Notes: generated by a model from the letters alone, not told the origin. A stretch of 32,000 bases of DNA from Zygophlyctis sp. KS116 (GCA_054661495.1 BAAFSQ010000027.1:1-32000), one strand, 5' to 3'; counted from the first letter of the stretch, positions 1-9,301 are shown. Made by a program: numbers and translations.

Positions 1-67
1 AACCCATCAAATAGATGATTTATTTGCCTCGATATAATGATTTTAAGGTCTGTATCCGTCCCATCAA

Positions 68-1175
68 ATGTCCGAAACCCTTCGCGAAATGAATGAGTTA
101 TTCCCTTGTATTGAGCCTTATGATGCCGGTTTTTTGAAAGTATCATCAGTTCATTCCATCTACTATGAGCAGTCAGGCAATGAGAAGGGAAATCCAGTAG
201 TTTATTTACACGGAGGTAATTATTTTACCAAACACCAAACAATTAGGACCTGGCGGTGGAACATCTCCAGATGACCGTAGATATTTCGACCCAAAGGTTT
301 ATAGAATTATTTTGCTAGATCAGCGAGGAGCTGGTAAGAGTACGCCGTCCGCTTGTTTGCATGAAAACACAACTTGGGACTTGGTTTCTGATATCGAGAG
401 TCTGCGAAATCATTTAAAGATTGATAAGTGGTTGGTATGAAATCTTTGAGACTTACTAAAGGTTTTTGGTGGCAGCTGGGGATCTACTTTAGCTTTAACT
501 TGTAATTTCTCTAACAGTAACAGTAGATGCAATAAAGCATCCAACAATTGTTAAAGGATTGATTTTGAGAGGAATATTTACGCTACGATCATCAGAAATA
601 GAATGGTTTTATCAAAAAGGCGCAAGTCATCTCTTCCCAGAATATTGGGAAGAGTATTTATCGCCCATACCTAAAGATGAACAGCACGATCTAGTGACAG
701 CATACTACAAACGCTTGACAGGACATGACGAGGCGAATGTTCTCAAATGTGCCAAAGCATGGTCAAAATGGGAATGCGCAACATCAAAATTGTTTGTTGG
801 TAATATTATAAAATTCATGATTAGATCCTGAAATGATTGCTAAAACTGAAAATAACACTTGGGCAACTGCTTTTGCCAAAATAGAAGCCCATTATTTCTT
901 TAATAAGGGATTCTTTGAAAGCGATTCGTGGATCTTGGACAATGCTGATAAGATTAAGCACATTCCTGGTACCAATTTTCTTGAAATACTAAATAATAGG
1001 AGTGATTGTGCAAGGACGCTACGACGTGGTTTGTCCTGCGACTACCGCATGGGAATTATCCAAAAGATGGGTTGGCGCAGATCTCATAATAGTTAAAGAT
1101 GCAGGACATTCAGCAAAAGAAAAATCAATTAGATCAGAGTTAATTAATTGGACAAATAAATTCCAGAGTCTTTAA
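68..1175 (+). CDS. pip: Proline iminopeptidase (peptidase S33, alpha/beta hydrolase), ~322 aa, 6 exons
   Basis: Introns 216-246, 435-461, 502-526, 800-824 and 969-999 (all GT..AG) join the motifs LHGGPGGG, DQRGAGKS, FGGSWGSTLAL (nucleophile Ser), LILRGIF, VQGRYDVVCP (Asp) and AGHSA (His). Stop TAA at 1173-1175. Confidence 0.95.
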
Positions 1176-1181
1176 GTTTGA

Positions 1182-1904
1182 TCAAATGAGTAAAAAGGGT
1201 AAAATCAGACTGACAATGTCTACAGAAAAGGACAAACCTGAAGATTGAGATAATGATCTCAAAAAAGTTGCAGGCTTTATAGCACAAGAATTGGCACATT
1301 TATCCGAATTATCAGTACTAGAACAAATTGTAATATTTGTATTATTTATTTCTAGTCCTTTAACTGATCCTTCAGACATTGCACCACCAAGATTTTTGTT
1401 ATTATCAATAGATCTTTGAATTAATTTAAAATAAACTTACAAAAATTTCAAATTCTTTAATTTCGTAACAGAACAAGGGAAATCCCCAGATATATCATTA
1501 CTTTTCAGATCTAAAGATTCTAAATTAGTTAAATTTCCAATGCTTTCTGGAATTTTTCCGCTCAACAGATTATTTCCAAGCTCTCTAATTATTAATTTAA
1601 TCAATACAGTACAAGAATTTAAGTTCAGAGAGATTTCCAATTTCAGATGGTATCGGACCGAGTATTTGATTTCCAACCAGAAACAATCCTTGCAATTTGA
1701 CAAATTTATCAATGTATTTTGGTATAAAACCATTAATCTTTCCATTTGTCCAACTTCTACAGAGTAAGTTTATTATTTTTACATTGATATTATATGAGAA
1801 TCCGAACAAGAAATCCCAACCATTGAACAACAATCACTCTTCCATTTTTGATTAGTAACTTTCATATCTATCATAAGCCTTCTAAGAGTAATGCATTCAT
1901 CCAT
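1182..1904 (-). CDS. Plant-type extracellular leucine-rich repeat protein, ~213 aa, 4 exons, hydrophobic (GPI-like) C-terminus
   Basis: Introns 1757-1782, 1585-1612 and 1414-1440. N-cap [10 protein letters not shown], then repeats [22 protein letters not shown] / [22 protein letters not shown] / [23 protein letters not shown]-terminus [16 protein letters not shown]. An in-frame TAA lies just upstream of ATG 1904. Confidence 0.85.
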
Positions 1905-2094
1905 TTTTAATTATTTATTTTAGCCGTTAATATTCTAGTGCATGCGGCATACAATCCCCAATAGACGCCAACCAAGAATAAACCAAGAATAAGAATATTA
2001 AGTAATCTAAATTTAGAAAGTTTGAGTTGTCCGATTATTTTGACCGATGCCGTTAGAACCCAGAGCCAGAACCTCCACTGAAGCCCTCTTTTAA

Positions 2095-3435
2095 ATGCAG
2101 TCGCTGTTGACAGGCCATCCATCAGAAGTTGTAGCACTACTACGCTACAAGTTCCAATCACTTGATAAAAGTATGTATTTGACAATCGATTCTCTTCCGG
2201 TCGCTGATGATCCTTATTATTCGTATGGCAAATGTTATTACTTTCTCAATAAGACTTCCCGATCGTTTGCTAGAGTCATTCAAGAATTAGATCCAGAACT
2301 TAGGCATGCAGTTTGTCTTTTTTATCTTGTTCTGCGGGGTCTCGATACAGTAGAAGATGATATGACGCTTGATCCAGAGTTGAAAGTGGATATGTTGAGA
2401 GATTTTCATAGTAGTATTGGGAAAAAAGGATGGAATTTTCAAGGGAGTGGACCGCTAGAGAAAGATGGAATTCTTTTAAAGGAATTTCAAGTAGTCATTG
2501 AAGAACTTTCTCACTTAAAGTTGAAGTAAATTTAATACTCTTTAAAATTAGATATCAAAAGGTTATAAAGGATATTACTAAAAGAATGGGATTCGGAATG
2601 GCTGAATTTTGTGCTGGGAAAAAGGTTGATACTCTAGATGATTATAATCTTTATACTCATTACGTGGCGGGGCTAGTTGGAATTGGTTTAACTGGTCTTT
2701 TTGTACAATCTGGATTAGAAGATCAGGATCTAGCTAATCAAGATGACTTAGCTAATAGAATGGGTCTTTTTTTGCAAAAAACCAATATTCTTAAAGATTA
2801 TTTGGAAGACTTAGATCAAGGACGCTTGTTTTGGCCAAAAGAAGTATGGGAACTTTATGTTCATAAAGGGGAAGATATATCAGCTTTTGCAGATCCAAAA
2901 AATATTGATAGTTCTTTGGCTTGTTTAAATCACTTGTGTGTTGATGCACTAGAATTAGTTCCTGATTGTTTGTTATACCTTTCTAAATTGAAAAATCCGA
3001 CTGTGTTTCAATTTGCTGCGATTCCTCAACTAATGGCAATAGCATCATTGGTTCATTTTTACAATAATCCAGCACTTTTTAAAAAGAAGGGAAACAAGAT
3101 TAGAAGGGGTCAGGCTGTTCAATTAATTCAATCTGCAAAGGATATAGAGTCTGTAAAACAAGTCTATTTTGATTTTGCTTTGGAATTGAATCGCAAAAAT
3201 CGAACCTCTTTAGGACGTAATCCTCATGATAAAAACTTTATGAGAGTCTCGTGTGCATGCTCAAATGTATTTTAATTTTAATAATTTTTAGATTGTGCGA
3301 TGGATACGAGAACATGATCATAGTCTGGGAGGGAATATTAGACGTGAGACTCCAAAACTTAAAATACTTGGATTATCTCCAAGACTTTGTTTGGTTCTAG
3401 TTCTAATTCTGGGTTTTGCTCGTTGGTGGTTGTGA
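2095..3435 (+). CDS. ERG9: Squalene synthase (farnesyl-diphosphate farnesyltransferase), ~429 aa, 3 exons
   Basis: Introns 2526-2551 and 3267-3291. Motifs KTSRSFA, FYLVLRGLDTVEDD, YTHYVAGLVGIGL, MGLFLQKTNILKDYLED and FAAIPQLMAIASL. C-terminal TM segment LCLVLVLILGFARWWL*. Confidence 0.97.
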
Positions 3436-3457
3436 GTGTGGTTTAATAAAGATTCGG

Positions 3458-3890
3458 ATGAGACTTGTGTTTGTACTGTCCACCGTTGCCTGGATGGCTT
3501 TTATGGCCTTGATCGGCTTTCTCCCGAATGAATTAGTCAATAAATGGATTCCCGTGAACGATAAATTCCTCCACTTATCGTGTTTTCTAATCTTTACGAT
3601 TCTAATTTATTTTGTATGGGAACTATCATTGTAATCGTGTATTTTTCTAAAATCTTAGTAAAAAAACAATCATGATCACTGTAATCATAAGTCTATTTAT
3701 GAGTGTAATTTCAGAAATTGTCCAAGATCTGATCAGTACACGATCATTTGATTCCCAAGACATTTATTATAATCTAATTGGATCATTTCTTGGCATAATA
3801 TCCTCAATATTTATAGAATCTTTATCCAGAATATGGAGTCAACCTAAAACATCCCAATATGTGCCATTAGAAAATCTTAATATTGAATAA
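3458..3890 (+). CDS. VanZ-like family small membrane protein, ~134 aa, 2 exons
   Basis: Intron 3631-3658 joins two ORF-track pieces in frame. VanZ-type motifs NDKFLH, SEIVQ and RSFDSQDIYYNLIGSFLG; about 4 hydrophobic segments. Confidence 0.8.
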
Positions 3891-3891
3891 C

Positions 3892-4796
3892 CTATAAACC
3901 TGTGCTACTAGACTGATCCAAATTCAAATCTCTTAATATTTTTGCCAATGATTCTCTCTTTTCAGCCTCTTTTAAATCGTCCTTCTCCTTGATACATTCC
4001 ATTAACCAAGGTTTATACTCTTTTTCATAATTTTCTACAGCTCCATTAATTTTTATAAAGAATTCTTCCATTCCTGCTCCTGTAACTGCTGAAACCCCAA
4101 CTACATTTAATAAAGAATAAAATTCTTCCAAGAGTAGAACCATTGAATTCATAAATGTCCCTAAAATATTTAAAAATTGTAAAAATTACCCATATAACTA
4201 GTCTCTTGATCTAATGCTTGTTGAAAAGCTTCAAAATCATTCATCCATTCTATTGCAAAATCACAACTTACCACATCAGTCTTATTAAAGACTAATAAAA
4301 ACGGTAATTTAGTCTTGTATAGAATTGAACAAGCATACAACATATTAGACATGAATGTAATCGGATTACTTGATCTAGGAGTATCTAGTACATACACAAG
4401 TACTGTCGGGTTAGATGATGCTAGAGTTTCTGTTATAATTGCACCAGATGCAGACCAAGTAAAGATTTCAATTTGTCCGGGAGTATCCCATAATGTAAAT
4501 TCTTGATCTTTTTTATCAATTATATCTAGAACCTGATCAAACTTTGTAGTAAATAAATTTAAAGATGTTAAAATAGCCCCATTAGGTCCTAAATTATAAG
4601 ATTTCATGACTTGTTTAAAATCTACTGTATCCCTTATATCAATATTTGCGCCATAAGGGAGATGTAGGACTGCTGGATCTAAATTTAACACAAACGGTGC
4701 ATTATCGATCGAATGCATATAAGAGATCAGCCGTTGAATAAGAGTAGTCTTCCCTGATCCAGCCATTCCAATTACAATGAGATTTGTCCTTTTCAT
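3892..4796 (-). CDS. GPN1: GPN-loop GTPase 1 (Npa3/XAB1), ~291 aa, 2 exons
   Basis: Intron 4161-4189. P-loop [18 protein letters not shown] motif [46 protein letters not shown] and GVSAVTGAG. Confidence 0.96.
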
Positions 4797-5085
4797 TTTT
4801 CAAATTTTTCAAGAAAATTTTTTTCGACCGTTTTTTATTACCTTTATTATTAGAATTTTATTACTTTATAATTCTGATCAGACAAAGACTACCCACTAGT
4901 ACATAAATTTCAGCCCATACCAAGTGTGAAATTTCACTGGTTTACTACTAAATAGAGTATCCCTAGCTAGATTATGTTGAAACATACTATGATGATTGGA
5001 ACGATCGATCACGGGTGCCACAATGACATCGATATGAATTATATTAGCGCAATGACATCAGCGTTATTTATCTATCAATATTTTA

Positions 5086-6057
5086 ATGAAACCCAATCTT
5101 GCCATTGCGATCTGGGCTGCAATCATTCCTCTTGGTTATTCTGTTCAGGTATTAAGCTTTATCAAAGATGGCACTCAATACACTTGCAATGCTGATTCGC
5201 AAAAGAATCCTTATGTCGATTGCATAAATTTGATTGCAGCTGCTTGCACTCCCTCTTCTATCGTCCTTAGTGCAGACTGTGTGAGGTACAATAACCGAGT
5301 CTTTGATTACTTCCCTCTGGGGAATCCTTGGCGATCCTTTGGAGACAATTGTCTTCCCTTGAGAGAATCATCAACTGGAATTAAGGTCACAAGTATGTCC
5401 TCTGCCTGCAGCATTAGCAAAAACAATTTAAAGGCTAATGGCTACTATATCGAAAATGGGTTACGGGTGCTTGTTACCAGTCCATTTATCAGTTCAGTTC
5501 TTATTTATTTAGGCTCGGGGATAAACATCTATGGAAAAATAGCCTCTGTTACACCTGCCAGATTATGGCCATCAAGTTCAGATCCTAAACTTCTTTCAGT
5601 TGGCACTGTTTCCCCAATATCAAAGCGAGCTCTTACATTTTCTATCTCACATGGCGGTTATATATTTACCTGCAATAAGGATGAAAATAACAATCCCTCT
5701 CAAGATTGTTTAAATACTCTAAAGTATTTCTGCTCTTTAGAAGCTAAAATATGCAAATCAGCAGTTGATTACCATGTCTCCCGGTTCAATATAAACTGGC
5801 AAAACTATCGTAACGGCTGTGCTTCATGGAAGAATAACAACAACATCAATCAAGCAAACACTGATGGTTGTAAACAGGCGAATGCTACCTTTTTGCAAAC
5901 CGGTCAGTATATTTATGACTACCAAAATAATAAACAAGTACTAGACTATAAGTTCACTGAATCACTTCAAGTTGGATTATGGAACAATCAGACAATATTG
6001 AACAGTACAAATCAAGATTTCATTACCTGGTTATCTACCAGAGGAACCATTTCTTAG
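5086..6057 (+). CDS. Intronless putative secreted cysteine-rich protein (323 aa) with two homologous 6-Cys domains separated by a KR dibasic site
   Basis: Long uninterrupted ORF. N-terminal signal-like segment MKPNLAIAIWAAIIPLGYS; internal duplication visible by eye; 12 Cys. No family recognised. Confidence 0.8.
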   Translation: MKPNLAIAIWAAIIPLGYSVQVLSFIKDGTQYTCNADSQKNPYVDCINLIAAACTPSSIVLSADCVRYNNRVFDYFPLGNPWRSFGDNCLPLRESSTGIKVTSMSSACSISKNNLKANGYYIENGLRVLVTSPFISSVLIYLGSGINIYGKIASVTPARLWPSSSDPKLLSVGTVSPISKRALTFSISHGGYIFTCNKDENNNPSQDCLNTLKYFCSLEAKICKSAVDYHVSRFNINWQNYRNGCASWKNNNNINQANTDGCKQANATFLQTGQYIYDYQNNKQVLDYKFTESLQVGLWNNQTILNSTNQDFITWLSTRGTIS

Positions 6058-6187
6058 AAACTATTGCTTATTGATGATCAACAATAAAACATGATTGAAA
6101 GACATCATCTCCAGAGTACAGTTTAATGAAAGTCATAGTTCATGATAAGGCCGCACCGCCAAAACCCTCTCAAAAACCAGACAAGAA

Positions 6188-6906
6188 ATGAATGTGTATT
6201 ATCCCCAGTCGCTAGTTTTAAAATCATTCTTGCCACAGTCTCTTCCTGCTGAGAAAATCCTAGCATTGTTCGGACTCGGACTAGTTTCATGCCAAGTTGT
6301 ATTTTCTCTATTGTATGCAAGAAAACATGGAAAAAAAGGTTCTTTTGGAGTCGCTCTTTGGTTTTTTACTTGCGGACTTATTCATACTTTTGTAGAAGGA
6401 TATTTTGTATTTTATCATGCTTCTATTACTTCAAAAAACACATTTATGGCTAATGTATGGAAGGAATATGCAAAATCGGACTCTAGATATTTAATTTCTG
6501 ATCCTACTGTACTAATGATTGAAGGTATAACTGCAGTATTCTGGGGACCATTGTCATTTTATGTAGCTTACTTGTGTTTTAAGAATGATCAATCTAGACA
6601 TTTATGGCAAGTTTTAATCAGTCTCGGACAGTTTTATGGGGATATACTATATTACACAACTACTCTAATAACTGGTTCTACTCATTGTAATCCTGATCCT
6701 TATTATTTTTGGTTTTATTTTGTGTTTATGAATTCACTATGGATTTTATTTCCAGGATTAATAATGTAAGATTTTACAAGATTAAAGGTAGAATATCTTC
6801 TGGAAAAGAGATTTTTAAAAGTCTGTCTAGGAGTTTAAAGGTTAAAGCGGTGGAAGATTTAAAGAGTTTTAAGCCTAGAGTGTCTCCAAGAAGAAAAGTG
6901 GATTAG
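6188..6906 (+). CDS. EBP: EBP/EXPERA family 3-beta-hydroxysteroid delta8-delta7 isomerase (emopamil-binding protein), ~230 aa, 2 exons
   Basis: Intron 6766-6791. Motifs WFFTCGLIHTFVEGYF, WKEYAKSDSRY, EGITAVFWGPLS, SLGQFYGDILYY and YFWFYFVFMNSLWI; basic C-terminal tail. Confidence 0.93.
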
Positions 6907-6985
6907 TCATGGCTCAAGTACTATATTGAATTTAAAAAGGAATTGTTGTGTTTACGTAAATACGTAAATAAAAAAAGTATTTTGA

Positions 6986-8351
6986 ATGCAAGGTTTTGAG
7001 AGTCTATTGTCTCGATTAGAGACTGTAACATGTAAACTGGAGGGGATGGTAAAGACTGCAGATGTTTCTGAGGCCGATCACAAGAGTGTGAGTAAATCGG
7101 TAGAGGAATTTGATCGGTTGATTTCAGGGCCATTGGCTCAGTTTATTGAATTTGGATCTCAATTAACAGATCCGATCGCTCAAATGGTAATTACTATTTT
7201 TATAATTTTAGACTAGTCTAGTAAAGAATGCATTTGAGGCTCAAAGGGATTTAATTTCTATTGCATCGAATTCTTCTAAACCATTGGCTAAAGATTTACC
7301 TGGACTGATTGTTCCATTACAAGAATCTATTGGAAAAATAACTAGTTTTAGAGACTCTAATAGAGGATCTCCTTATTTTTCTCATTTATCAATGGTTAGT
7401 GAAGGTATTCCTGCACTTGGATGGGTTGTAGTAGAACCAACTCCTGCTCCATTTGTTGGAGAAATGAAGGAAGCTGGACAGTTTTATGCTAATAGAGTCA
7501 TCAAGGAATTTAAAGAAAAGGATAAGACGAATGTGGAATGGGTCTCAAGTTTTTTGTCATTGTTGACTGAATTACAAGGTTATGTAAAACAGTTTCATAC
7601 AACTGGACTAGTATGGAATCCAAAAGGAGTAGCTGCTTCTACCACCGTTTCTCAATCTACTCCAGTTAAATCTACTCCAGTTACTTCTTCTCAAGCACCA
7701 ACACCACCACCAAAAGGAAACCTTTTAAAAGAACTTAGTGGTGCCACATCTAGTCTCCGTAAAGTTGAAAAGTTTGAAATGACTCATAAAAATCCAGAAT
7801 TAAGAGCCTCATCAGTTGTTAAAGAGTCTGAAATTTCTAGTAAAAAACCAGCGGTACCTTTAAAAACTACTGCTCCTCCAAAGTTGGAATTACAAGGTAA
7901 TAAATGGATTGTTGAAAATTACTCTAATGAATCTTCATTAGTAATTGAAAAAACAGAAATTCGTCATACAGTTTATATTTACAATTGTACCAATTGTACT
8001 GTTTTGATTAAAGGTAAAGTCAATGCAGTCTCTATTGACGGTTGTAAAAAAACTGGAATTTTGATTGATAATGTTGTGTCTACTATTGATGTAGTAAATG
8101 GAAAATCAATTTCAGTTCAAATTACTGGTAAAGCTCCAACAATGGCAATTGATAAAACCGATGGAATTCAAATTTACTTGTCTAAAGAGTCTCTTGATTT
8201 ACAAGTTTTAAGTGCAAAATCATCAGCTATAAATTTCATGGTACCTACAAACGATGGAGATTATATTGAACTTGCTGCACCTGAACAATTAAAGATTCAA
8301 CTTTCCTCTCAAGGAAACAAATTGAATAGCGTTGCGGTTGAACATCAATAA
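6986..8351 (+). CDS. SRV2: Adenylyl cyclase-associated protein (CAP/Srv2), ~446 aa, 2 exons
   Basis: Intron 7187-7211. N-terminal RLE motif (LLSRLETVTCKLE), HLSMVSEGIPALGWV, AGQFYANRVIKE, FHTTGLVWN, WH2-like LRKVEKFEMTHKNPELR and C-terminal CARP beta-helix (IKGKVNAVSID, IDKTDG, PEQ). Confidence 0.96.
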
Positions 8352-8358
8352 ATTTTAA

Positions 8359-9077
8359 ATGAAGATCAAATCGTTGGTAGAAATTTGTCAGGCATCCCTC
8401 ATAAAGAATGCTTCCAATATTAACTGGGTACTTTAATAGTCTAAGAATAGCTTGGAAATATTCCCTTTAAACTAATAGAAATCGTTTTAAAAAAGATCTC
8501 TCCAAAACAAGTAATTTATTAATTCTTTGAGAAATAGTTATCGGCCATTGAAGTCTGGAATCCGCATTTAACCACTGTAATTTGATCATTTTACAATAGG
8601 AAACTGACCGCCTTTGGAAAACTCATTGCATCGATGAATATTCGGATCTAAAGCGATTGTTTTTAGAAGGATCGTTACCAGATCCAGAGTCTTGGAGAGA
8701 TTTATACAATCTTAAAAAGACTCAAATGGATGAGAAAACGGCAAAAGTCGCAGAGAAACTGAGAGGAATGAAGCAAGAACAGGATTTAAAAAAGAATTCA
8801 AGGTAATTGTTTTAATAATCATAAAGGAATGCAAAACTATTGGATCAGAATTCATTACTGAAATTAACAAAAAAAACTGGGACTAGAACGCCTCCGATTG
8901 CGAGTATAATTATTTTTATTCATTTTAGAACGGAAATTGGGTACATTGTTTCAAAAGACTTTAAAAGAAGTCGGTAAGAGTCCATATCATGGATCTAGTT
9001 CTTCTAAAACTCCATCATCTGCAAAAAGATCAGAAGCTGCTAATCTGTTTATGGGATCCGGTAAAAAAAGAAAATAA
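8359..9077 (+). CDS. ELA1: Elongin A (RNA pol II elongation factor SIII subunit A), ~198 aa, 6 exons; not present in ORF track
   Basis: Introns 8428-8450, 8511-8537, 8577-8599, 8803-8826 and 8904-8928. Spliced product MKIKSLVEICQASLIKN (BC box)...LGNIPFKLIEIVLKKISPKQLSAIEVWNPHLTTETDRLWKTHC...ESWRDLY...; ends GSGKKRK*. Confidence 0.88.
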
Positions 9078-9301
9078 ATTTCCATGTTGATTCATGGTAT
9101 TTGCTCTATTTGATAAAAGATGTTATAAAAAAACTTGACTGGATTTTTAAGAGTTTTTAAGAGACTTGGCAATATTTATGGGATCCGGTAAAAAAAGAAA
9201 ATAAATTTCCATGTTGATTCATGGTATTTGCTCTATTTGATAAAAGATGTTATAAAAAAACTTGACTGGATTTTTAAGAGTTTTTAAGAGACTTGGCAAT
9301 A
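9048..9301. repeat. Exact 127-bp direct tandem duplication (9048-9174 = 9175-9301)
   Basis: The two copies are base-for-base identical and the flanking bases differ. The unit spans the stop codons and shared 3' spacer of two convergent genes. Confidence 0.97.

Noticed and set aside
1907-2185. 92-aa minus ORF with a hydrophobic stretch as a possible signal-peptide exon for the LRR gene
   Set aside because: It overlaps ERG9 antisense, ends in a stop before the LRR ATG, and I found no 23-31 nt GT-AG intron joining it in frame.
3432-3451. Possible 20-nt GTGAGT..AAG intron fusing ERG9 to the VanZ-like gene
   Set aside because: It is shorter than any supported intron, and splicing yields TTA TTC GGA TGA (stop), not a fusion.
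4974-5195. 73-aa ORF and an ATGATGA C-box-like motif (possible snoRNA) upstream of the secreted gene
   Set aside because: The ORF overlaps the better 323-aa ORF out of frame, and there is no D box (CTGA) or terminal stem at a suitable distance.
9048-9301. Tandem repeat as CRISPR array or transposon footprint
   Set aside because: Only two copies, no spacers, no terminal inverted repeats or target-site duplication; eukaryotic context.
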